A stretch of DNA of 20,456 nucleotides from NCBI GenBank assembly GCA_046861385.1, contig JBHHTW010000037.1, positions 1 through 20,456 of the forward strand, given 5' to 3'. Positions within the stretch are counted from its first letter, which is position 1; each line of letters begins with the position of its first letter. Positions 8,994-18,125 of the stretch are shown here, one piece after another. The position numbers and the translations under genes are program-made. The stretch comes from Fidelibacterota bacterium (GTDB lineage: Bacteria > Fidelibacterota > Marinisomatia > Marinisomatales > TCS55). The notes under the pieces are model-generated. The model worked only from the letters and a program-made list of their open reading frames with translations. It had not been told where the DNA came from and did no database searches.

Positions 8994-9691
8994 TTGAAGT
9001 GAACATATTATTGATTACCGCTGCTTCTATCGGGTTTATTCACACTCTGATCGGACCCGATCATTACCTGCCATTCATTATGATCGCCAAGGCGCGATCC
9101 TGGTCATTGAAAAAGACATCTTTTATTACATTTCTATGTGGGGTGGGCCATGTCCTCGGTTCCGTCCTATTGGGTTTAATAGGTGTAGCATTTGGTATTT
9201 CCATTGGGCAGTTGGAAAATATTGAGTCCTTTCGGGGAGACTTAGCCAGTTGGTTACTTATTGGATTCGGAATCGCTTACACCGTATGGGGATTAAGAAT
9301 TGGTTTAAGAGCAAAAGTCCACACTCATGATCATAAACACAGTGATGGAACTCATCACCATGCACACCACCATCTTGGAAAGCATGTCCATCTTCATGGA
9401 AATCCCAATTCAATCACACCCTGGACTTTATTTATCATATTTGTTCTGGGTCCCTGCGAGCCATTGATTCCGGTTCTCATGTATCCAGCCGCGCAAAGTG
9501 ACTGGTTGGCACTTGCAAAAGTCACATTTGTTTTTGGAATTGTTACGATTACAACCATGACCATCATTGTGATTGTCATTTATAAAGGACTTTTAAACTT
9601 TAATCTGGGATTTCTGGAAAAATATGTTCACGCAATCGCAGGTATCGTTATCGCCATTTCGGGAATAGCAATAAAACTATTAGGGTTATAA
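8990..9691 (+). CDS. Putative Ni/Co transporter (UreH/RcnA/NicO-like membrane protein)
   Basis: About six hydrophobic segments, HTLIGPDH near the N-terminus, GVGH in the second helix, a long His-rich loop, GPCEP motif. ATGA-coupled to hypC at the end of the hyp operon. Confidence 0.75.
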   Translation: MIEVNILLITAASIGFIHTLIGPDHYLPFIMIAKARSWSLKKTSFITFLCGVGHVLGSVLLGLIGVAFGISIGQLENIESFRGDLASWLLIGFGIAYTVWGLRIGLRAKVHTHDHKHSDGTHHHAHHHLGKHVHLHGNPNSITPWTLFIIFVLGPCEPLIPVLMYPAAQSDWLALAKVTFVFGIVTITTMTIIVIVIYKGLLNFNLGFLEKYVHAIAGIVIAISGIAIKLLGL

Positions 9692-9718
9692 TCCGGCTGA
9701 CATTAGACGGGTTTTCTT
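9690..9718 (+). terminator. Possible weak intrinsic terminator after the hyp operon
   Basis: Imperfect hairpin AATCCGGCT-GACATT-AGACGGGTT followed by TTCTT, immediately after the stop in the convergent gap. Confidence 0.3.
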
Positions 9719-9791
9719 CACTGGATTTTATAGTTGAATCTTCACTGTTGTTGGATTCTAAACTTAAATACTGTAATAATTCTGAGAGAAT

Positions 9792-10262
9792 TTATTCATC
9801 AAGCCATTCCTTAATGATTTCAACCCCTCTATCTACCGCATCCGGGATCAAATTTTGAACTTCATCTGTTAAACCAATATTCATCTCTAAATTTTTTGGT
9901 GGAACGCCAATCAAAACAACTTCATGTGGAACTTTATCATGGAGTTTTGCGACTGAAAGCAATTCACTCAACCCCATTTGGTGGGCGGATAATTTTCTAT
10001 GGATAAATGCCGGTAGATCATCATTTCGATATACATACACCTTAAACTCATAGGACGGTGGAATGACTGCATCGAAGATCATTAAACAATCAGCTGATTC
10101 GATATAATCCAAAAGATAGAGTCCCTGGGTCCCACCATCAATAATATTAATATCAGGAGGACATTGGAAACGGGACTCAAGATATCGAACTGCTTCAACG
10201 CCGAATCCTTCATCTCCCAAAATTGTATTACCCAAGCCAAGAATGTTTATTTTTTTATTCAT
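9792..10262 (-). CDS. hyaD: Hydrogenase maturation endopeptidase (HyaD/HupD/HybD family)
   Basis: GLGNTILGDEGFG, IDGGTQG, IFDAV, SAHQMG; last gene of the structural operon. Confidence 0.95.
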   Translation of the reverse strand: MNKKINILGLGNTILGDEGFGVEAVRYLESRFQCPPDINIIDGGTQGLYLLDYIESADCLMIFDAVIPPSYEFKVYVYRNDDLPAFIHRKLSAHQMGLSELLSVAKLHDKVPHEVVLIGVPPKNLEMNIGLTDEVQNLIPDAVDRGVEIIKEWLDE

Positions 10263-10365
10263 AGCTATAGAAAATATTTCATCCTTCCATACAAATATAT
10301 AAGCAGGTGGGTCTACTTGAGCTGAAACAATCCCTTAAAAGATCGGGATAAAAACGATAACTATT

Positions 10366-11058
10366 TCAGTCAGCGTATTCGGGACTTTCCTCTGTTTTAT
10401 GTTTAAACCCAGAAACAATTGATGATGTAACTCCTGATCGTTCAAGCATATCATGGCGTATGACCGCATATAGGTGGAGGACTAGGTATACTGGGAATAT
10501 CCAAGCTACTAAATGGTGCATTGTATGCATACTCTGGCTGCTTCCAAAAATGAGGACTGCCCAGCCAAAGAACGTATCCGTAAATCCGCCTGGGTTATTT
10601 TCACCATACATTGCCAAACCAGTCAATATCATAAAAAATGATCCACCTAGAATGAAAAGTAAATGGGTCAAAGCTGCTACTGGGTTATGTCCCCAATAAT
10701 TAGGTCCTTCCTTTTTGAGCAAAACATAGTATTCCAGTTGTTCCTTAAACGGTTGAATCCACCAATTAAGCGTCCAAGGCCTAAATCCAGTGAAACGTGC
10801 ATACTTATCATTACCAAATAATGCCCAATATAATCGGAACAATAAATTGGCGATAAAAATAAATGCTGTTCCAAAATGGATATATCGAAACCATGCCATT
10901 TGATGGTACCAAACTGCCTCGCCAACAGCAGGACTCAAGACCGGTATGGCAATATATAGCCCTGTAATAAATAACACGGTCATACCAAGAGCATTTATCC
11001 AGTGATATACCCTGACGGGAAGTCGCCATACGTATTTTTCTTCAAGTAATTGTGTCAT
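10366..11058 (-). CDS. hyaC: Ni/Fe-hydrogenase b-type cytochrome subunit
   Basis: YVWRLPVRVYHW, RYIHF, GHNPVA, HTMHH, LHLYAVIR heme-ligand histidines; four TM segments; GGAG RBS upstream. Confidence 0.95.
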   Translation of the reverse strand: MTQLLEEKYVWRLPVRVYHWINALGMTVLFITGLYIAIPVLSPAVGEAVWYHQMAWFRYIHFGTAFIFIANLLFRLYWALFGNDKYARFTGFRPWTLNWWIQPFKEQLEYYVLLKKEGPNYWGHNPVAALTHLLFILGGSFFMILTGLAMYGENNPGGFTDTFFGWAVLIFGSSQSMHTMHHLVAWIFPVYLVLHLYAVIRHDMLERSGVTSSIVSGFKHKTEESPEYAD

Positions 11059-11067
11059 GGCTCCCCC

Positions 11068-12792
11068 TTATGAGATTTTTACGGTTGTAATTTCATTACC
11101 GTTCATATCCATAATATGAGAGGCGCAGGCCAGACAAGGATCAAACGAATGAATCGTTCTGAGGACTTCCAGGGGTTGCTCGGGGTCATTCATAGGCGTA
11201 CCTTTTAACGCAGCTTCATAAGCACCGGATCGACCTTTACTGTCCCTGGGGGAAGCATTCCAGGTGGAAGGAACTACAATTTGATAATCCTCAATTTTCT
11301 TATTTTTTATGTGTATCCAATGGCCAAGAGAACCACGAGGCGCTTCTGTGTAGCCAAAACCTTTGCATTCAGCCGGCCACCGTTCAGGATCCCATAATTC
11401 ATTATTGAATACCTTGGTGTCACCTGAACGAATATTGGCAACCAACTGATCATAATAGTGAGTCATGAATCCTGCAGTTTGTTTACACTCAATTCCTCTG
11501 GCTGCTGTCCGGCCTAAGGTTGAAAAGAGGGCTTCCGGCCCCACATCAAGCGTTTTCAAAACATAGTTTACGGTATCCACAATCATTGGTACTTTTTGGG
11601 CGTAGGCAACGAGGACACGAGCCAATGGGCCAACTTCCATAGGGTTGTCATTCCATCTTGGCGTTTTTAGCCAGCTATATTTTCCATTTGTATCCAGATG
11701 TTTATACGGCATCTTGGGTACAGCTTTCGGGTTCGGTGTTGTTTCCCCTTCCCAAGGATGGAGTGGTTGATCGTCTCCGCCGGCATATGTATACCAGGAA
11801 TGGCTCACTTCTTCCCTGATCTGATGCATATCATCGAGGTCTACATCATGGATGGTACTTAAATCCTTATTCAAGATCGCCCCTCTTGGCCAGAGGAGTG
11901 AGCTGGTATCATCTACGTTGGTTTCCGGAAAATCACCATATGATAGAAAATTACCCAATCCGCCTCCATGAAGCCAACCCTTGTAGAAACCGGCAATGGC
12001 AATCAGATCCGGAATATAAACCTGATCAATGAAAGCATTGGTATCATCGATGATTTTTTTAATTTGATTTAACTGTGCAATATTAATCGCACCATCACTA
12101 TTGGGGTCAATGGAACAAGCCATACCACCCACCAGATAATTTGGGTGCGGATTTTTTCCTCCAAAAATGGCATGGATTTTTACAATCTCTTTTTGGAATT
12201 CCAACGCTTCCAGATAATGCGCCACAGCCATCAAGTTGGCTTCCGGTGGAAGGAGATAGCCTTTATGTCCCCAATATGCATTGGAGAATATTCCCAATTG
12301 ACCGCTATCCACAAAGTTAGATAAGCGTGTTTTTAAATCCTTGAAATAACCAACGGATGATTTCGGCCAGGATGGACTCACTGCCATCGCCAATTCGGAG
12401 GTCGCTTTCGGGTCAGCGCTTAAAGCAGATACCACATCCACCCAATCGAGAGCATGGAGATGATAGAAATGAATCAGATGATCTTGAGTTTGTTGAGTTG
12501 CATTCATCAAATTCCTGATAATCAGTGCATTGGGAGGTGTTTCAATGCCCAGTGCATCTTCCACACACCGAACAGAAGCCAATGCATGTACCGTTGTACA
12601 GACTCCGCAAATTCTTTGGGTAAATGCCCACGCATCCCGAGGGTCGCGTCCTTTCAAAATGAGTTCAAGCCCCCGCCACATGGTTCCGCTGCTATATGCT
12701 TCCTCGATCGTATTATTTCCATTTAGTACGGCTTCAATCCGTAAATGACCTTCTATCCTTGGTATTGGATCAACAACAATTCGTTTAGACAT
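11068..12792 (-). CDS. hyaB: Group 1 membrane-bound [NiFe]-hydrogenase large subunit (1d-like)
   Basis: DPIPRIEGH, L1 motif QRICGVCTTVH, HFYHLHALDW, GGKNPHPN, EAPRGSLGHW, L2 motif SFDPCLACASH followed by a 15-aa cleavable tail. Confidence 0.97.
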   Translation of the reverse strand: MSKRIVVDPIPRIEGHLRIEAVLNGNNTIEEAYSSGTMWRGLELILKGRDPRDAWAFTQRICGVCTTVHALASVRCVEDALGIETPPNALIIRNLMNATQQTQDHLIHFYHLHALDWVDVVSALSADPKATSELAMAVSPSWPKSSVGYFKDLKTRLSNFVDSGQLGIFSNAYWGHKGYLLPPEANLMAVAHYLEALEFQKEIVKIHAIFGGKNPHPNYLVGGMACSIDPNSDGAINIAQLNQIKKIIDDTNAFIDQVYIPDLIAIAGFYKGWLHGGGLGNFLSYGDFPETNVDDTSSLLWPRGAILNKDLSTIHDVDLDDMHQIREEVSHSWYTYAGGDDQPLHPWEGETTPNPKAVPKMPYKHLDTNGKYSWLKTPRWNDNPMEVGPLARVLVAYAQKVPMIVDTVNYVLKTLDVGPEALFSTLGRTAARGIECKQTAGFMTHYYDQLVANIRSGDTKVFNNELWDPERWPAECKGFGYTEAPRGSLGHWIHIKNKKIEDYQIVVPSTWNASPRDSKGRSGAYEAALKGTPMNDPEQPLEVLRTIHSFDPCLACASHIMDMNGNEITTVKIS

Positions 12793-12795
12793 GAT

Positions 12796-13887
12796 TTAAG
12801 CCTCCTCTGTATTTACAGTTTCTGGTTTGCTGTTATTTTTCTTTATGGCTGTTCCAACAGCGTGAGCCGCCATACCGGCGGCGGCGGCACCGACGGCAAC
12901 CATACCAATTTTATCGGCATTAGAATTGGTTCCGAGAAATGATACATCTGCCAAGCGAGTATAAAACGGTCCATTATCCCAGAAACCGGGTTCTGAACAT
13001 CCAAGACAAGGATAACCCGATTGAATAGGATAACTAGTCCCTTCATTCCATTTCATAGTTGCACAAGAGTTAAAAGTGGTTGGTCCTTTGCATCCCATTT
13101 TATATAGACACCAGCCTTTATTCGCAGCTTCATCATCAAAACTTTCCACAAACATACCGGCATCAAAATAGGGTCTGCGGTAACACTTATCATGGATGCG
13201 TGTACCGTAAAAAGCCTTGGGCCGTTTAAGTCGATCCAGTTCAGGTAATTTCCCAAAAGTCAGAAGGTGGGTAATTACACCAGTCATGACTTCTGCTATT
13301 GGAGGACATCCCGGTACATTAATCAACGGTTTATCTTTGATAATCTTATGGATAGGTGTTGCACCAGTCGGATTGGGTTTTGCATTCTGTACACATCCAA
13401 AAGATGCACAGGAACCCCAGGAAATAACTGCCATTGAATCTGCGGCAGTTTCTTTCAATATATTTAAAAATGGTTCGCCATTAATCATGCAGTACACACC
13501 ATCATCTTTTATCGGGACATTTCCTTCAACAGCCAGGATGTATTTTCCTTTATAATCCTTCATGATTTGTTTTCGTACTGCTTCTAATTGGTGCCCGGCG
13601 GCGGCACTTAGGGTATCATCGTAATCCAATGATATCATATTTAATACGATATCAGCAGTGATAGGATGAGATGAGCGAATAAAAGATTCACTGCAGCAAG
13701 TACATTCCAAACCATGCAGCCAAATAACTGGAATTCTTGGCTTAGTTTCCATTGCCTGAACAAATTTAGGGACGAATGTAGAAGCATATCCAAGGTATAC
13801 AGACATTAAACTACAAAATTTTAAGAAATCTCTTCGGTTAACTCCCCTCGATTTAAATAAATCTGCGTAAGTTGTTTCTTTTTTCAT
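12796..13887 (-). CDS. hyaA: [NiFe]-hydrogenase small subunit with Tat signal and C-terminal membrane anchor
   Basis: RRDFLK twin-arginine signal, [48 protein letters not shown]-terminal hydrophobic helix with His; AGGAG RBS at 13896-13900. Confidence 0.97.
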   Translation of the reverse strand: MKKETTYADLFKSRGVNRRDFLKFCSLMSVYLGYASTFVPKFVQAMETKPRIPVIWLHGLECTCCSESFIRSSHPITADIVLNMISLDYDDTLSAAAGHQLEAVRKQIMKDYKGKYILAVEGNVPIKDDGVYCMINGEPFLNILKETAADSMAVISWGSCASFGCVQNAKPNPTGATPIHKIIKDKPLINVPGCPPIAEVMTGVITHLLTFGKLPELDRLKRPKAFYGTRIHDKCYRRPYFDAGMFVESFDDEAANKGWCLYKMGCKGPTTFNSCATMKWNEGTSYPIQSGYPCLGCSEPGFWDNGPFYTRLADVSFLGTNSNADKIGMVAVGAAAAGMAAHAVGTAIKKNNSKPETVNTEEA

Positions 13888-14171
13888 AATGCGTTCTCCT
13901 TTTAGTTCAATTTGTAACCAATTGGTTTTTTATTATTCAGCGTCCTTCTTAAAAATAATATATGGGTAATTGCAAATCATCGGTATGAAACTTGGGGCCA
14001 CGGATTTAAAAATGGATTCAGTAATCGCTCGGAATTTATAAGTGAATGGGAGCAAATAGAGTTGATGTGAATGGTAAAGAAAAGTTCAATCTTTTGTAAT
14101 TTTTCCGACTTTCTCATTATTAGCATCACTGAAAAGTAAATAATTCAAAATTAAAATCCAAGAGATCATTC

Positions 14172-14185
14172 TGATATTAATATCA
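14172..14185. promoter_or_regulatory. Perfect 14-bp palindrome, possible operator in the divergent promoter region
   Basis: TGATATTAATATCA is its own reverse complement and lies midway between the hydrogenase and cysK-like starts. The AT-rich context makes chance possible. Confidence 0.3.
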
Positions 14186-14441
14186 ATATATCTTATTATA
14201 ATTAAGTATTCGCTCTTATTTTTCTTATACAAACCTAGTACAATATTATTAGGAGTATATTTTTGAATCTGTATGCGATTATAGTGGTGAATAGAAATAT
14301 GTAATAAATTAGGGTTCTGTTAATTCAAAAATTGAAAGGACTACGGTCTATTTTTTAGCAACGGCCCGATAAGCTGCGAATCTCTGTGCTGCTGTATCAA
14401 GTATGATCATATTTTAAAATAATATCCTAGGAAAACCCAAC

Positions 14442-15488
14442 GTGGAAAAAATAAATCACAAAAAAATTCGAGACTTATCTAATTTGATCGGTAACACGCC
14501 TCTTCTGGCTATCGAATTTATGTTCAAAGGAACAAAGCGAAAAATCTATGCTAAGTCTGAGAATCTGAATATGACTGGAAGCATTAAAGATCGGATGGCG
14601 TTCCATATCTTTGAGCAAGGATACAAAAAAGGAATCATTACACCTGGGCATTTGATTATTGAAGCTACCAGTGGGAACACAGGTATATCTATCGCATCAA
14701 TCGGTCGTGCGCTAGGACATCCGGTGACAATATTTATTCCCAGTTGGATGAGTGAAGAACGAATCAATCTTATCCGTTGCCTTGGAGCAAAGATTGTCCT
14801 TGTGAGCAGTGAAGAAGGTGGCTTTCTTGGCGCCATTGATCGAGCTGAAGAATTATCCAAAACAACAAAAGGGGCTTTTCTTCCCCGGCAATTTTCTAAT
14901 GAGGATAATATCAATGCACATTATCAAACCACCGGACCGGAAATCTGGTGGCAGTTAAGATTTCGTTCTCTCTATCCCGATGCTTTTGTTGCCGGAGTTG
15001 GAACCGGTGGAACTATTATGGGCACAGGTCGATTTCTCAAGGAAAAGCACCCGTCAATAAAGATTCACCCTTTAGAGCCGGCAAACTCACCAACCCTTTC
15101 AACTGGTTATAAAGAGGGGAAACACCGAATCCAAGGAATATCTGACGAATTTATCCCACCTATTTTGGATTTGGATTCATTGGATGAAATTGTGGGCGTA
15201 GATGATGGTGACGCTATTCTTATGACACAAAAACTTGCAGAAGAACTTGGTATTGGTGTGGGAATTTCATCTGGCGCAAATTTTCTGGGAGCCTTAATGA
15301 TTCAAGAGGCATTAGGTCCCGAATCGGTCATAGTAACCGTTTTTCCAGATGATAACAAAAAATATCTCAGCACCGATCTTATGCAGAAAGAACCCATAAA
15401 GAATGGGTTTCTGACTCCTGATATTAGCCTATTAGGTGTTCAGGCACATAAGCGGATTTGTTACGATTGTGCAGGTCCAATGGATTGA
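14442..15488 (+). CDS. PLP-dependent cysteine synthase (CysK) family enzyme, likely cysteine lyase/serine synthase subtype
   Basis: GTG start; IGNTPL, TGSIKDR (PLP Lys), [43 protein letters not shown]. Confidence 0.9.
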   Translation: MEKINHKKIRDLSNLIGNTPLLAIEFMFKGTKRKIYAKSENLNMTGSIKDRMAFHIFEQGYKKGIITPGHLIIEATSGNTGISIASIGRALGHPVTIFIPSWMSEERINLIRCLGAKIVLVSSEEGGFLGAIDRAEELSKTTKGAFLPRQFSNEDNINAHYQTTGPEIWWQLRFRSLYPDAFVAGVGTGGTIMGTGRFLKEKHPSIKIHPLEPANSPTLSTGYKEGKHRIQGISDEFIPPILDLDSLDEIVGVDDGDAILMTQKLAEELGIGVGISSGANFLGALMIQEALGPESVIVTVFPDDNKKYLSTDLMQKEPIKNGFLTPDISLLGVQAHKRICYDCAGPMD

Positions 15489-15562
15489 TTTGAATTGGTT
15501 CAATGGAATATGGCACACATTTCTTTTAAGAATCTTATTATCATAAAATAGTACCTAACCAA

Positions 15563-16915
15563 TTATTCCTTTTCCAGTCCAAGCTCTTTGATTTTTCTGG
15601 ATAGATTTGGTTGGTGCAATCCTATTTCTTTTGCTACCGTACTGATGTGCCAATCCATTTTATCCAATTGTTCCTTCAAGAATTGACGTTCAAATTCTAA
15701 CCGAGCCTCCTTGAATGTTTCTGCGTCGATTATCACGCCTGCCTTCGTTTTTATGTCTGTTTCCGGAAGATGAAGTTTAATATTTTCAGGGAAGATTTTT
15801 TCACCAGATACCAAAATATACAACCGCTCGATTAAATTTTTTAGTTCTCGTACATTGCCCGGAAAAGAGTAGTTTTTCAGCAATGTATAGCACTGCTTAT
15901 TCATCGTTTTTAACGGTAGATTTAATTCAGATGAAAAATAGTCTAAAAAATATTTTACCAGATCAACAATATCCGATGGTCGTTGGCGTAGGGGAGGAAT
16001 ATATATCGGTATGACATTTAACCGATAAAACAAATCTTCTCTAAAGGATCCCTCCTTAACCATTGCTTCAAGATTTTTATGAGTTGCAGCAATAATTCTT
16101 GTATTTATTTTAATCGTTTTATTTCCACCAACACGCTCAAAAGTTCCTTCCTGTACCGCTCGAAGGACTTTCGCCTGCGTATTGAGACTCATATCGCCAA
16201 TTTCGTCTAAAAATAATGTTCCGTTATCAGCAAGTTCCAACTTTCCTATTTTCCGGGAATCTGCTCCGGTAAAAGCACCTTTTTCATGACCAAATAATTC
16301 ACTTTCAACTAACTCGGTAGGAATGGCAGCAGAATTAAAAGCAATAAAAGGAAGATTATTAACCAGGCTTTGATTGTGGATTGCAAAGGCAACTAATTCT
16401 TTTCCTGTTCCACTTTCTCCCCGAATAAGAACTTTAGCATCTGTTGGCGCCACCTTTGTAATGATACTCTTTAGGTGATTCATTGAACGGGATGACCCGA
16501 CCAATTGGTACTTTTTTTCCAGTAGACCAGAGTCTTGTTCAAGTCGCTTTTCAAGGCTTTGTTTGTGCTGAACATTTTTTGCGGCAGCAAGAATTTTAGC
16601 CATAGAGAGAGGCTTTTCACAAAAATCGTAGGCACCCAGTTTTAATGCTTCCACCGCTGTTTGAATCGTACCATGCCCTGATATCATCAGTACATCCAAT
16701 CCTGGTTGCACTTTGAGAAGTTCAGTCAAGACCGTAAGTCCGTCAATCCCGGGTAATTTCACGTCTAATATCACTAAATCACATTGGTGTTTATCGGCTA
16801 CTTCCAGTGCGCGTTCACCGCTGTTGGCTAAGTGGACTTGATGCCCCTCATCTTCCAATATATCTTTTAAGGTTAATCGGATATTTCGCTCATCATCAAC
16901 AATAAGAATATTCAT
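15563..16915 (-). CDS. Sigma-54-dependent response regulator (NtrC/NtrX family)
   Basis: Receiver (ILIVDDE, LDVKLP, ISGHG, EKP), AAA+ (GESGTGKE, GAFTGA, LFLDEIG, FREDLFYRLNV, PGNVREL) and a C-terminal Fis-type HTH. Confidence 0.95.
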   Translation of the reverse strand: MNILIVDDERNIRLTLKDILEDEGHQVHLANSGERALEVADKHQCDLVILDVKLPGIDGLTVLTELLKVQPGLDVLMISGHGTIQTAVEALKLGAYDFCEKPLSMAKILAAAKNVQHKQSLEKRLEQDSGLLEKKYQLVGSSRSMNHLKSIITKVAPTDAKVLIRGESGTGKELVAFAIHNQSLVNNLPFIAFNSAAIPTELVESELFGHEKGAFTGADSRKIGKLELADNGTLFLDEIGDMSLNTQAKVLRAVQEGTFERVGGNKTIKINTRIIAATHKNLEAMVKEGSFREDLFYRLNVIPIYIPPLRQRPSDIVDLVKYFLDYFSSELNLPLKTMNKQCYTLLKNYSFPGNVRELKNLIERLYILVSGEKIFPENIKLHLPETDIKTKAGVIIDAETFKEARLEFERQFLKEQLDKMDWHISTVAKEIGLHQPNLSRKIKELGLEKE

Positions 16916-16931
16916 TTATTGTTCCTTTTAT

Positions 16932-18125
16932 TTATAAAATTACCCGATTGAAAAATAATGAAAATGTTGTCCCATGGTTTATCTGACTTTGTACTTCAAT
17001 TTTGCCATTATGCTGTTCAACGATTCTTTTTACAATCGCTAAACCCAATCCAGTACCTTTTTCTTTATTTGTAAAATAGGGTTCAAAAATATTGTTTAGA
17101 TTTTCTTTGCTAATTCCTGATCCGTGATCACGAATGACTATTTTGACCGCATTTTGATCCAAACATTCTGTTCGGATAATTATTTCGCTTTTATCATTTG
17201 ATGCATGAATTGCATTTTGGAGTATATTTACAATTATTTGTTTAAATTGAGTTTTATCGGCCATAATGTCCGGGTTTTTATCTGTGAAATCAGCATTAAT
17301 TTTGTGCTTTTCAAGATAAGGACTAATAATTTCTTTCAGGTGATAATTCAAACTAATCAATTCAATGTTTGCTTTTGGTAACCGGGCAAATTCAGAAAAT
17401 TCTTTGGCCAAGGTAAATAAATTGTTTATTTCTTCATGAATAACTGCTGTGGTTTTTTTAAATACTTCATTAAACTTTGTGCTCGATGAATAGTAATTGG
17501 TTTCCATACGCTCAAGCGATAGTTTAATTGGTGTCAGTGGGTTTTTAATTTCATGAGCCATGATTCTTGCCATACCACGCCAAGCGGATTCTTTCTCAGC
17601 TTCGATTAATTGTCTCCGACTTGCTTTTAATTCTGATATCATAGAATTAAAGGATTGAATTAGATGATTGAGCGGGGAAAATGGACTTTCACTGATATGA
17701 ATATCTAAATCTCCTTTTCCCAGCTTCTCAGTGGCGTTTTGGAGTTTCTTTAAAGGGGTTGAAATTAAATTAAAACTAAGCAGAAAGAGGATTAATACAC
17801 TTAAAGTTAAAAAAACAAAAATAAACTTTGAGGATAAAGCCAAGTCATCTTCAAAATAATCTCGTGCTAATTTTGCTTGTTGTTGAGTTACCAGAAGATT
17901 TTCGATATCTTTCTTAAATTCAGACCGATCACCTTCCTTTAGAGAATCATAATATTGATGATAAACGCTATTAATTTTTTCGCTGACCATCAGAGAGTCA
18001 GTGATGGACGAATATGATTGAAAACTATCTAAGAAATAATTCCGAAAAAATAAAGCAGAATTAATCACTAAGAACAATACTATAAAAATAATTTGAAACC
18101 TAAAAGATGGAATGGGTATTTTCAT
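16932..18125 (-). CDS. HAMP-domain sensor histidine kinase (NtrY-like)
   Basis: Two TM helices, HAMP, H-box AWRGMARIMAHEIKNPLTPI, EFSEFARLP, N box, DHGSG, FEPYFT, GTGLGL. Start placed at 18125 (ATGA overlap with the upstream stop) rather than 18185. Confidence 0.93.
   Translation of the reverse strand: MKIPIPSFRFQIIFIVLFLVINSALFFRNYFLDSFQSYSSITDSLMVSEKINSVYHQYYDSLKEGDRSEFKKDIENLLVTQQQAKLARDYFEDDLALSSKFIFVFLTLSVLILFLLSFNLISTPLKKLQNATEKLGKGDLDIHISESPFSPLNHLIQSFNSMISELKASRRQLIEAEKESAWRGMARIMAHEIKNPLTPIKLSLERMETNYYSSSTKFNEVFKKTTAVIHEEINNLFTLAKEFSEFARLPKANIELISLNYHLKEIISPYLEKHKINADFTDKNPDIMADKTQFKQIIVNILQNAIHASNDKSEIIIRTECLDQNAVKIVIRDHGSGISKENLNNIFEPYFTNKEKGTGLGLAIVKRIVEQHNGKIEVQSQINHGTTFSLFFNRVIL

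Noticed and set aside
13977-14117. 46-codon minus-strand ORF (MRKSEKLQ...) upstream of the small subunit
   Set aside because: No RBS and no recognisable features.
14334-14401. SAM-I riboswitch-like GGCCCGAT fragment upstream of the cysK-like gene
   Set aside because: The other conserved elements (AUC-AGAG, GAGGGA, properly placed GCAACC, closing P1) are absent or out of order.
14401-14412. GTATGATCATAT as a NikR box
   Set aside because: The half-sites abut with no spacer, whereas the E. coli-type site has a 16-bp spacer.
1510-14914. The many 60-150 aa antisense or alternate-frame ORFs inside hyp, hydrogenase and cysK-like genes
   Set aside because: They overlap well-supported genes and show no motifs, as expected of shadow ORFs.
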